Shown: in pieces, positions 47,558 to 55,366 of the stretch | Layout: each line of letters begins with the position of its first letter | How positions within the stretch are numbered: position 1 is the first letter of the stretch | Virus record (IMG/VR): IMGVR_UViG_3300049045_000044 | Location: 1-59,491 of that record | Strand: one strand, 5' to 3' | DNA: 59,491 nucleotides | Origin: a virus | Taxonomy: Duplodnaviria; Caudoviricetes | Program-made: the position numbers and the translations under genes | Notes under the pieces: model-generated | Seen by the model: only the letters and a program-made list of their open reading frames with translations | The model's database searches: none | What the model was told of the DNA's origin: nothing

Positions 47558-48901
47558 ATGAATTTCGGTTCTCTCTTTTCAGGCATAGGCGGATTTGATT
47601 TAGGCTTTGAACGCGCCGGTATGCGTTGCCTGTGGCAAGCCGAAATAGAGCAACCAGCACGGGGGATATTGAGCCGCCATTTCCCACAGTCAAGGATTTA
47701 CAATGATATTAGAGCAATCAGTTACCGAATCGGAAAAGGATGGCGGCGATACTTCCATCCCGCGCCAGTTGACCTTGTTTGCGGCGGATTCCCCTGCCAG
47801 GACTTATCAGTGGCCGGCGGCCGCAAGGGATTGGCTGGAAGCAGAAGTGGACTATGGTTTGAGTTCTATCGCCTTATTACAGAGTCTAGGCCGCGATGGG
47901 TTGTTATCGAAAACGTCCCCGGCCTATTATCCAGTAACAAAGGACAGGATTTTGCCGTTATCCTTCGCGGGTTGGTCGAGTGCGGGTATGGCGTGTCCTG
48001 GCGGATACTTGACGCTCAATATTTCGGACTGGCCCAACGCCGCCGCCGTGTGTTCATTGTCGCAAGTCTTGGAGACGGCCGTTCCGCAAGCGTACTTTTT
48101 GAGTCCGAAGGCAGCGCGCGGGATTCTCCGCAGAGCAGAAAAGCGCGGCCGGGTGTTGCCGCCGTCTCTGGCACACTCTCTGCAAATGCTGGCGGGACAA
48201 GTAGACCTGCCGGACAAGCAAACGAGTTAGACTTTTGTATCCCCGTTGGTAGCCTTCAAGCCCATAGCAAGCGACATGGACACGCCATGACTACGCAACA
48301 GGCGGCCGAAAATGGGCATCTTTTGGCAGTTTGGAATAATGGGCAAGGCGAACCGAATGGAGAAGAAAGCGAGATTGCCTATACCCTTGAACCGCAAGCC
48401 AATCAGGGCGTAGCCTTTGGCGGAAACAACACCAGCGGAAGTATAGACGTAGCGGGGGGCCGGTGCAATAACCGCCGCCGCAACGATTTTGAGAGCGAAA
48501 CATTTATAGCCAATGCTTTTAACGGCTATACGGGTGGGGCCGACGATAACGATGCACAAGCCAACCACCTTGTAACTGACAGAATCCGAGAATGGGTAGA
48601 CGAACCGGATAGGATCAGGGCGATACAAAATGATGGGCATTCATCAACCGCTCAGGAGCATGTGTATTTTAAGCCTAATGCCGTTGTAAATTCTCTGGAA
48701 CATACCCGGCCACCAAAGCTGATTGATTCTGGTGTTCGACGACTAACACCGATAGAGTGCGAACGGCTACAGGGATTCCCCGATGGTTGGAGTGATGGGC
48801 AATCCGATTCAGTCCGCTATCGCCAGTTAGGTAACGCGGTGGCTGTGCCAGTGGCAGGGTGGATAGCGCGGCGCATTTTGATGGTAGAGGGAGAGGACTA
48901 G
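47558..48901 (+). CDS. DNA cytosine-5 methyltransferase (alpha polypeptide)
   Basis: SLFSGIGG, GGFPCQD, ENV, QRRRRVF, RRLTP.ECERLQGFP, QLGNAV. Confidence 0.97.
   Translation: MNFGSLFSGIGGFDLGFERAGMRCLWQAEIEQPARGILSRHFPQSRIYNDIRAISYRIGKGWRRYFHPAPVDLVCGGFPCQDLSVAGGRKGLAGSRSGLWFEFYRLITESRPRWVVIENVPGLLSSNKGQDFAVILRGLVECGYGVSWRILDAQYFGLAQRRRRVFIVASLGDGRSASVLFESEGSARDSPQSRKARPGVAAVSGTLSANAGGTSRPAGQANELDFCIPVGSLQAHSKRHGHAMTTQQAAENGHLLAVWNNGQGEPNGEESEIAYTLEPQANQGVAFGGNNTSGSIDVAGGRCNNRRRNDFESETFIANAFNGYTGGADDNDAQANHLVTDRIREWVDEPDRIRAIQNDGHSSTAQEHVYFKPNAVVNSLEHTRPPKLIDSGVRRLTPIECERLQGFPDGWSDGQSDSVRYRQLGNAVAVPVAGWIARRILMVEGED
47703..48230 (+). CDS. Alternative-frame (+1) beta polypeptide nested in the C5 methylase
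   Basis: 175 aa with own AAGGA RBS; CSLSQVLE..VPQ.YFLSPKAARGILRRAEKRG..LP resembles the M.EcoHK31I/M.EaeI beta subunit. Confidence 0.75.
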   Translation: MILEQSVTESEKDGGDTSIPRQLTLFAADSPARTYQWPAAARDWLEAEVDYGLSSIALLQSLGRDGLLSKTSPAYYPVTKDRILPLSFAGWSSAGMACPGGYLTLNISDWPNAAAVCSLSQVLETAVPQAYFLSPKAARGILRRAEKRGRVLPPSLAHSLQMLAGQVDLPDKQTS

Positions 48902-48929
48902 ATAATGGATACGGCCGGAAGGTGAAACA

Positions 48930-49271
48930 ATGGCAACATACGGCTATGCAGACAATCGAACGATGGGCTACCGGGAAGATGATAACTGCCCACAGTGCGG
49001 ACGGCCGGTGCTGTCTAGCGGGCATGTGTGCGCGGTTGTCGGGCTAGAGGCATTGACGGCCGCATTGCGCGACCTGGGCAAAATCATACTGCAATTAGAG
49101 GCAAGGCTGGCCGGGATAGAGGCGAAGATGGGGGAGGCGGCCGTAAGTGGTGACGAGCCGCCCTCCTCAGACCTGGATGATTTTATCTGTGACGGCTGTT
49201 TCAGGGGCTACAATGCCACATTACACGGTATGATATGCCCTGTTTGCGGGTTTGATAATGTGCCATTTTAG
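48930..49271 (+). CDS. Zn-finger/coiled-coil hypothetical protein
   Basis: CPQC, CDGC, CPVC. Confidence 0.6.
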   Translation: MATYGYADNRTMGYREDDNCPQCGRPVLSSGHVCAVVGLEALTAALRDLGKIILQLEARLAGIEAKMGEAAVSGDEPPSSDLDDFICDGCFRGYNATLHGMICPVCGFDNVPF

Positions 49272-49277
49272 GGAAAC

Positions 49278-49652
49278 ATGATGAAACCAATTAGAACAAA
49301 ATTAGGTCTATATACAGAGGAAGATATTGAACAACGCGATATTACCGTCACCTTTGCCTGTGGCGATAGTTATCAAGGAACAGCGCGATATTACTGGCAA
49401 CGATGGCGCAATGATGACGGCCGTATTGTAAGAGAACAAAAACGGGTTGATGTGGAAATACCCGGTGGTGTTGCTAATGGGGATGACGTAGCTTTTGGTA
49501 ATGACCCGGAACGAATTTATGAATGGTCAAGCGTGATGGGTAGTATAGAAGCGGCCGTTAGGTATATTGTCAAACAGATTGATAACGAGCGGCGTGAATA
49601 TGGCTATCGTTGCCCTGACATTCTGGCGCAGCACCAAGAGGGACAAAAGTAA
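49278..49652 (+). CDS. Hypothetical protein
   Basis: 124-aa ORF in operon. Confidence 0.6.
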   Translation: MMKPIRTKLGLYTEEDIEQRDITVTFACGDSYQGTARYYWQRWRNDDGRIVREQKRVDVEIPGGVANGDDVAFGNDPERIYEWSSVMGSIEAAVRYIVKQIDNERREYGYRCPDILAQHQEGQK

Positions 49653-49675
49653 CGGCCGGTGGAGCAAGGTGACAA

Positions 49676-50014
49676 ATGAGCAGGTACTGGATTGAACAAG
49701 TAACCGATAATGCCAATAACCGTTATTGGATTTTGTTTGAGCATGGACAGTTTCATGCGCCGACGGCCGTAATAGATGACGCAGAAGCCAAAACAATCGC
49801 CCGTTTGATATTGGGGGTGAATAGTGAAACGGCCGTGAAAGATATAGGCAAGCGTCTATCCGATTACCGGCACAAGTACAAATTAGGATTGCGTGATGTG
49901 GCTGAACTAACTGGCGTATCGGCCCCAACCCTATCACGTATCGAGAACGGTATGGACAAGATGGAGCATGAGACATACCTGAAACTGATTGAGGCTTTGG
50001 GTGACGACTGGTAA
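49676..50014 (+). CDS. XRE-family HTH regulator
   Basis: LGLRDVAELTGVSAPTLSRIENG. Confidence 0.85.
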   Translation: MSRYWIEQVTDNANNRYWILFEHGQFHAPTAVIDDAEAKTIARLILGVNSETAVKDIGKRLSDYRHKYKLGLRDVAELTGVSAPTLSRIENGMDKMEHETYLKLIEALGDDW

Positions 50015-50056
50015 CTAACGGCCGGTGGGGGATCGCAACAATTGGGGTGATGGGGG

Positions 50057-50109
50057 ATTGACAGAGGGGTATTCACGGATTACAATATCTGTCAATTGAT
50101 GTATTGACA
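50057..50109 (+). promoter_or_regulatory. Promoter with inverted operator half-sites
   Basis: TTGACA-17-TACAAT; ATTGACAGA/TCTGTCAAT and TGTCAAT/ATTGACA inverted pairs. Confidence 0.75.
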
Positions 50110-50123
50110 TAGGAGGGTAATCC

Positions 50124-50330
50124 GTGAATGAAGCACAAGTGATTGAACTGATTAAGCAGCGGGCGAATGAGGCCGGGAGCCAAAAAGCACTCGCCCAGGA
50201 ATTGGGCGTATCAGAGCCATATCTGAGTGATGTATTAAAGGGGAGACGTTCGCCAAGTGAAAACCTACTGAACAGGTTGGGAATCCGAAAGGTGGTGGAG
50301 TTTTTTCAGGAGGGAGAAGATGGTAACTAA
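50124..50330 (+). CDS. Cro-like HTH regulator
   Basis: SQKALAQELGVSEPYLSDVLKGRRSP; AGGAGG RBS. Confidence 0.88.
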   Translation: MNEAQVIELIKQRANEAGSQKALAQELGVSEPYLSDVLKGRRSPSENLLNRLGIRKVVEFFQEGEDGN

Positions 50331-50538
50331 GTGGACTATTCTATTCTGGCTTATCCTTATCCCCCTGCTTTTCAAGGCGTATCAGGATGGTGGTAGCTGG
50401 ATTGTTGCGGCCGTGTTACTTGTTGCCATCCGAACGGAGCTAATGGGCATAGCAATGTGGACACTCGGCCGTATACTGCATGAAAAACAGGTATTGAATC
50501 GTGCGGATATTGAGCGGGTTGTAAGAGGAAAGGAGTAG
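50320..50538 (+). CDS. Small two-TM membrane protein
   Basis: Two hydrophobic segments. Confidence 0.6.
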   Translation: MVTKWTILFWLILIPLLFKAYQDGGSWIVAAVLLVAIRTELMGIAMWTLGRILHEKQVLNRADIERVVRGKE

Positions 50539-50542
50539 TACC

Positions 50543-51394
50543 GTGTTCGATGTTGACAATTACATTGAGGAGTTTCGTTCCCGTTCTGAGCAGCAGGAAG
50601 AAACGAAAGATGCCCGCGATTACGGCCGCTGGCTACGAGGGGCAATTACCGTTTTTTCTATCATGGTAGCTGGCTATACGACCGTTCACGGCATATCTGC
50701 TACCCTTCACTTCCGAGCAACGGGAGCATTGGGTGTAGTAACGGGAATTACCGGGATTCTTGTCCTAGAGGGTCTTTTTCTTGTCTTGTCGCACGGACTA
50801 ATAAACGGCACATTCCGGGGTGGAAAGCTACATGTTGGCTTCATGGTAGCGGGTGCGACCGTGTCTCTGGCCTTTATGTTGCTCAACACCGTTGTTGACG
50901 CTCAACTAAATGCCGGGGATACACTGGGAACAAACCTATACATTTATTTTCGCTACGGGTTACCAATTGCTTCGGTTGTTGCCGTAGTTATCGCCCTGGT
51001 CGGTCTTTACTTTGCGCCAGAGGCAGAACGGGCGCGGTTGCGTGGGGCAGCTATCAATGAGTTTAAGCAGCATAAATTTAATGGATACATGGCGGCACAG
51101 CAGGCCGAGCTAATGGTGCAAGACGTGATCACAAATGCTCAATTGGGCGCAAGGGTAACGGCCGCCAAAACGGTATCTGCCTATTACCAGAGTCAAGAAG
51201 TTCGCCAGCAAATTGAGCAAGCGGCCGTAGCTGCTATTCCTGCCCTCTTGCGGCAAATTGGCGTACCTGGCGGCGAAGTCGTAGAGGGTGAACCCGTTGC
51301 GACAATGGCGGCTGATGGGCAACCTGCGCCAGAAATTCACCCGCGTGATTACGCCGATACCGAAACATCCCCGCCACCACAACGCCCTCAATAG
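50543..51394 (+). CDS. Four-TM membrane protein with C-terminal helical domain
   Basis: 283 aa; four hydrophobic segments; AAGGAG RBS. Confidence 0.75.
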   Translation: MFDVDNYIEEFRSRSEQQEETKDARDYGRWLRGAITVFSIMVAGYTTVHGISATLHFRATGALGVVTGITGILVLEGLFLVLSHGLINGTFRGGKLHVGFMVAGATVSLAFMLLNTVVDAQLNAGDTLGTNLYIYFRYGLPIASVVAVVIALVGLYFAPEAERARLRGAAINEFKQHKFNGYMAAQQAELMVQDVITNAQLGARVTAAKTVSAYYQSQEVRQQIEQAAVAAIPALLRQIGVPGGEVVEGEPVATMAADGQPAPEIHPRDYADTETSPPPQRPQ

Positions 51395-51432
51395 CCCCGG
51401 CCGAACCCATTGGCGACCGGCCGGGGGGTGAC

Positions 51433-51636
51433 TTGCCACTAGTGGCTATCTCAGTTGTCATTGATGAAGAAAGGGATATAGAGCGGGTGACGAGTGGCTG
51501 GCGACTAGAAGAAAACAGCAATAGTTATTGGCGTTGGCGTTGGCAGAAAAAGGATGCTATGGGTAAACCATTAACCTATTTAGCCACTAGTGGCAATGTA
51601 GCCTACAAGAGAGGCAGTAAATATGTCAAAATCTGA
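51433..51636 (+). CDS. Basic Trp-rich hypothetical protein
   Basis: GWRLE...YWRWRWQ...RGSKYV; start uncertain. Confidence 0.45.
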   Translation: MPLVAISVVIDEERDIERVTSGWRLEENSNSYWRWRWQKKDAMGKPLTYLATSGNVAYKRGSKYVKI

Positions 51637-51838
51637 TAAACAAGTGGACTTCAAAGATTTAGTTACCCACGATGCAATTGCATTGGTGACAAATACGGCC
51701 GTTGTTGCCCGCGACAGTGGACACCCGGTAAAGGTTGCTGTGGCAAACTATCAAGGATCGTGGGGTATTTTGGTGTGGATGCCCGGCTATCACATGGTCA
51801 ATGGCGCAGTGGTGGCTATTGATTCTGCCACTAGTGGC
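51435..51838. repeat. Three copies of the palindrome GCCACTAGTGGC
   Basis: At 51435-51446, 51583-51594, 51827-51838. Confidence 0.9.
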
Positions 51839-51859
51839 AACACGGCCGGGCAACAATGA
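51623..51859 (+). CDS. Hypothetical protein
   Basis: GAGG RBS. Confidence 0.6.
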   Translation: MSKSDKQVDFKDLVTHDAIALVTNTAVVARDSGHPVKVAVANYQGSWGILVWMPGYHMVNGAVVAIDSATSGNTAGQQ

Positions 51860-52113
51860 CGCAAGCAACTTGGCACAGGTGTTTATTATGTGGCGAGATT
51901 AAGCGCGATAGAGACGGCGGCACGCTACACACCTTCACCTGTTCAACCTGCCATCCCCGTCAACGGCCGTTCATCACGTCCTGGGCAATCTGGCGGCCGT
52001 TTCTTGCCATCAACCGCTATCAAGTGGCTGTGTATGTCCTGTGGTTGTTGCTAGTTGGCTTGTGTCTGCTGAATGTAGCGGCCGGGGTTGTATTCGTTTG
52101 GTTGTGGAGGTAA
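51856..52113 (+). CDS. Zn-finger plus TM hypothetical protein
   Basis: CLLC...CSTC and C-terminal TM. Confidence 0.55.
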   Translation: MTQATWHRCLLCGEIKRDRDGGTLHTFTCSTCHPRQRPFITSWAIWRPFLAINRYQVAVYVLWLLLVGLCLLNVAAGVVFVWLWR

Positions 52114-52117
52114 TAAA

Positions 52118-52492
52118 ATGTCCTTAGATGTTTTCTTGACTTTAGAGAACCACACCGGATCAAGCGGTGGCTCCGGTATCTTCGTGCGAGAGAATGGAGC
52201 AATGAGGGAAATAAGCCCCGCTGAATGGGATGAAAAGTTTCCCGGCCGTGAGCCAGTCATTGTCACAAGTGAAAGAGACGACGGTGAAGTTTATTCAGCC
52301 AACATCACCCATAACCTGCACCAAATGGCAGAAGCGGCCGGTCTGCGACTACTAGAATCAGACCGGGAACGATTTGAACAGTTCAATCCCGCAAACGAGT
52401 GGGGAGACTATGACGGGCTGGTTAGGTTTGTACGAAACTATTTAGCGGCCTGCAATCGGTATCCAACGGCCGTTGTTAGCGTGTCGAGGTAA
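52118..52492 (+). CDS. Conserved phage hypothetical protein
   Basis: GGAGG RBS; MSLDVFL...ANITHNL...FNPANEWGDY. Confidence 0.7.
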   Translation: MSLDVFLTLENHTGSSGGSGIFVRENGAMREISPAEWDEKFPGREPVIVTSERDDGEVYSANITHNLHQMAEAAGLRLLESDRERFEQFNPANEWGDYDGLVRFVRNYLAACNRYPTAVVSVSR

Positions 52493-52494
52493 AT

Positions 52495-52689
52495 ATGGAA
52501 ACACTTTTATACATTGCGGCCGTTCTGCTTATCATCATCCTGGCCTGTGGGGTTATTCTGGTAATCGCCTTTACGGTTGCAACCCTACGGGCTATTTTCG
52601 ACAATGACTCTCACTTTGAGAAGCGGCAACGCGAGTTTGATGAGCAAAAGGCACGAGTTCAAAAGGAACTAGACAAGAGACGGCAATGA
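52495..52689 (+). CDS. Single-TM hypothetical protein
   Basis: N-terminal TM, charged tail. Confidence 0.65.
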   Translation: METLLYIAAVLLIIILACGVILVIAFTVATLRAIFDNDSHFEKRQREFDEQKARVQKELDKRRQ

Positions 52690-52794
52690 ACAGACAGGCT
52701 GGGGCAGGGTCGGTGTAGTTCATTGCGATTGCATGTGTGGGTATTGGTGTATCATTGAGTAGGGATAAATAGTTGATTTACGAGAAGGTGGAAA

Positions 52795-53073
52795 ATGAAC
52801 CGACCTAAATACGAAGCACACACCGATATAGATTTACGCTACGTTGGTGGAGAGGGCTATGCCTTTCCAACCGTTGCCAGAATTACAGAGATTGACGGGA
52901 GGGACGCCGTTGGCTATATTCTTGACTATCGTTATAAGTGGGTGGCTCGGCTTGTCGCCCTACTGCTCAATATCCTAGCGCGGTGGGAGGTGCCAGATGA
53001 TTACGACTATCAGTTAAAGCCGCAAAAGCCAACGGCCGCCGATATGGAATGGGCAAGTAAGGAGAGCGAGTAA
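52795..53073 (+). CDS. Hypothetical protein
   Basis: ORF with RBS. Confidence 0.6.
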   Translation: MNRPKYEAHTDIDLRYVGGEGYAFPTVARITEIDGRDAVGYILDYRYKWVARLVALLLNILARWEVPDDYDYQLKPQKPTAADMEWASKESE

Positions 53074-53168
53074 TTGACTCCCATTCCCGGCCGTGATACC
53101 ATCCTCTCAGGTTGACGGTTCGCCATAAAATCGTACAGAAAGGCCCTCTCCAATCAGAGGGCTTTTTT
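53074..53168 (+). ncRNA. Candidate ~60-nt sRNA (promoter plus terminator, no ORF)
   Basis: TTGACT-17-TACCAT; terminator GCCCTCT/AGAGGGC followed by T6. Confidence 0.5.
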
Positions 53169-53180
53169 GTTGCCACTACC

Positions 53181-53278
53181 ACAAACGACAAAGCGGCCGC
53201 AATTGGGGGACGGCCGCTTTGTCTTCGTGTTGGTTCCGAGGAGTACGGAACCGGGAGGGAGTCACAAATATTGTAGCA
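53181..53278 (-). ncRNA. Candidate convergent sRNA with anti-SD-like loop
   Basis: TGCTACAAT extended -10; hairpin GGTTCCG-TACTCCT-CGGAACC; 13-bp terminator stem 53187-53223. Confidence 0.45.
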
Positions 53279-53316
53279 CGGAACAGGGGGACAAGGAAGT
53301 GACTTTGTAAAAATGC

Positions 53317-53362
53317 TTGACAATCTTGATTGATTATTATATACTATATACATCTTGATTGA
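53317..53362 (+). promoter_or_regulatory. Consensus promoter with repeated operator
   Basis: TTGACA-17-TATACT; ATCTTGATTGA at 53323-53333 and 53352-53362. Confidence 0.8.
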
Positions 53363-53379
53363 AACGAAGGAGAAATGAA

Positions 53380-53631
53380 ATGAGCGACGAACAAATGGAC
53401 GCCTTTAGAAAAACCTTTCAGCAATTTCTTGGCAAAGAAGGCGAATGTATCGAATGTGGCACGACTGAAAACGTGCTGCACATGACCCCGGCGCACTGCC
53501 GCACCTGTTGGGAAAAGATTCACAGCAAGGAGTACCGGGAGCAGCAGGAGCGGGATTATCCCCCGACCCGCATCCGTCCGGCCTATGGCGACTATGAGGG
53601 GACGGGCTGGATTGACAGGGGAGAAGGGTAG
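53380..53631 (+). CDS. Zn-finger hypothetical protein
   Basis: AAGGAG RBS; CIEC...CRTC. Confidence 0.7.
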   Translation: MSDEQMDAFRKTFQQFLGKEGECIECGTTENVLHMTPAHCRTCWEKIHSKEYREQQERDYPPTRIRPAYGDYEGTGWIDRGEG

Positions 53632-53634
53632 TCT

Positions 53635-53934
53635 ATGCCCGGCATATCGAAAGACCAATCCGACGAAGTCCAGAGGGCGGCTATGGAGGTAGTCGCCCTC
53701 TTTGGTATTCGCAACCTTGACGCCCTGAGCCTGGAAGCGGCCAACCTGCAACGCGCCGCCATGTACCGGGAACTCATGAGCCGGACGGCCGTATCGTGGC
53801 CCACTGCCCGCCGCCATATCGTCAGGGCTTGCCGTCGTCAGCGTCACCCCGGTTGGCAACCGCCGGCCGAATGGGGTGGGAAGCGCGAGGGAGCGGGAGC
53901 ACCAGAGGGCAATCAGAATCGAAAGAAGGGGTAG
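53635..53934 (+). CDS. Putative DNA-binding protein
   Basis: C-terminal WGGKREGAGAP.GN.N motif. Confidence 0.65.
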   Translation: MPGISKDQSDEVQRAAMEVVALFGIRNLDALSLEAANLQRAAMYRELMSRTAVSWPTARRHIVRACRRQRHPGWQPPAEWGGKREGAGAPEGNQNRKKG

Positions 53935-54068
53935 GGGGACAAGCGAAACGGCGACTGGCGAGGAGAACCAATCTTTACCAGTCACCGTTCCTGTTGAGTC
54001 GTGCCAATACAGTTTAGCACGGTGGAAATACGAGCCAATTCACAACCACTTTAGGGTTGATATAGAAG

Positions 54069-54440
54069 CTATGGACTAATGTCCCTATCTACCTTTCGCC
54101 TCATACTGAATTTACCCGATGCAATCCCCACGGCCGCCAATGCCGCCACCATCACCATAAACCAGGTAATCACCCCACGCCATACGGCCGCCGAGGTTGC
54201 CTGCCCTAAGGCGATTTCGCCACTAAGCCAGGCGACCAGTGTCAACACCAGGCGGACACCAACGATGGTAAACAGCAGTCCATTATCCACCAGGAGAGCC
54301 GTTACTAGGCGTTTCTCGCCATGCTTGCTATTCCGAACTGCCCGGAACCATTGATAAGCGGCATAGCCATAGGCCAGCGTAGAGACGGCAATAAACCCGG
54401 TAGATACCCAGGCCAAAATGAGGAAGGTATTACTTTCCAT
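54069..54440 (-). CDS. Three-TM membrane protein (lysis module)
   Basis: Three hydrophobic helices; last gene of the late operon. Confidence 0.65.
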   Translation of the reverse strand: MESNTFLILAWVSTGFIAVSTLAYGYAAYQWFRAVRNSKHGEKRLVTALLVDNGLLFTIVGVRLVLTLVAWLSGEIALGQATSAAVWRGVITWFMVMVAALAAVGIASGKFSMRRKVDRDISP

Positions 54441-54615
54441 TGCCGTTACTCTCCTTTTCAGCCTCTTTGCGAATGGTGGCAACGGCCGCTTTGCGCTCTA
54501 TCCTATACCGTTGCATGTCATAAAGTGCCTCATCAATCTGGCGGGCTACTTCGATGCTCTGTGGCTCTCGCGGCGGGGGTTTAAGGAGTTTTTGAACTTC
54601 TCGGATTACGTGCAC
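54430..54615 (-). CDS. Small helical hypothetical protein
   Basis: GAGGA RBS, GTG start, overlapping neighbours. Confidence 0.5.
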   Translation of the reverse strand: MHVIREVQKLLKPPPREPQSIEVARQIDEALYDMQRYRIERKAAVATIRKEAEKESNGNGK

Positions 54616-54928
54616 GATTCCTCTCTTGCTTCCCCATTACTTTAATTGCCTCGGTATTATCCTTCATCGCCTCTCTCGTTTCTAGGTTGGCCGTCAATAC
54701 CTTTTCGGCCAGTGATAACAATTGAGCGTGATGCTCCTTATCCATTTGCCGTATCTCTGCCAGTAGGGCGCGAATATAGGCAGCTAGGGCTATGACGGTC
54801 GTAGCCAGTCCGCTTAGGGCTATCCACAGGGCCGTTACCAGACTATCTGGTGTGTTGAATTGAGCAAGGGCAGATAGCCACTCGGCCGGTATTCTGAGAA
54901 CGATGATAGCAACAGTGAATAGCATCAA
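54581..54928 (-). CDS. Holin-like membrane protein with coiled coil
   Basis: TM segments then coiled coil; downstream of endolysin. Confidence 0.55.
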   Translation of the reverse strand: MMLFTVAIIVLRIPAEWLSALAQFNTPDSLVTALWIALSGLATTVIALAAYIRALLAEIRQMDKEHHAQLLSLAEKVLTANLETREAMKDNTEAIKVMGKQERNRARNPRSSKTP

Positions 54929-54942
54929 TCCCCCAAGAACGA

Positions 54943-55116
54943 TTAAAACAGCCCGGCGCGTTCCGCAATCCAGACGGCGATCAGCAGGATAACTAGAGCC
55001 AGAATGATTTTGTTGAACGGTTCTGGCACACTAAGGGCTTCTAATACATATCGGACGGCGACAAAAATCAATGAACCGACTATGAGAATTAAGATGATTG
55101 TTACAAGTAGACTCAT
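54943..55116 (-). CDS. Two-TM small membrane protein, holin candidate (57 aa, not in ORF track)
   Basis: MSLLVTIILILIVGSLIFVAVRYVLEALSVPEPFNKIILALVILLIAVWIAERAGLF; AAGGAG RBS. Confidence 0.75.
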   Translation of the reverse strand: MSLLVTIILILIVGSLIFVAVRYVLEALSVPEPFNKIILALVILLIAVWIAERAGLF

Positions 55117-55126
55117 GGGTATCTCC

Positions 55127-55342
55127 TTATAGTTCGGCCGGCCGCTCTGCCGTTAAGTCTTGAATCTGGTATCCGGCTGTTTCAATTGCCACGACCAATT
55201 GCAGGGCGTGTCGCATATCCTCGACATTGAAATAGCCCTCAGAGGAGACGGCGATAATACGGCCGTTGCGGGCGATCATTCGCCACCGCCAGTAACCACG
55301 CCTGTCCCTATATTCCTGAATTACTATTAGTGGTGATTCCAT
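55127..55342 (-). CDS. YegP/DUF1508-family protein
   Basis: YRDRRGYWRWRMIARNGRIIAVSSEGY. Confidence 0.85.
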   Translation of the reverse strand: MESPLIVIQEYRDRRGYWRWRMIARNGRIIAVSSEGYFNVEDMRHALQLVVAIETAGYQIQDLTAERPAEL

Positions 55343-55366
55343 GTCTGCCCTTCCTTTCAAAAAGAA

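Noticed and set aside
48227-48640. 137-aa minus-strand ORF inside the C5 methylase
   Set aside because: Antisense shadow with no motif or expression signals, unlike the +1 beta frame
53344-53985. 213-aa minus-strand ORF
   Set aside because: Overlaps two plus-strand genes that have a consensus promoter and RBS
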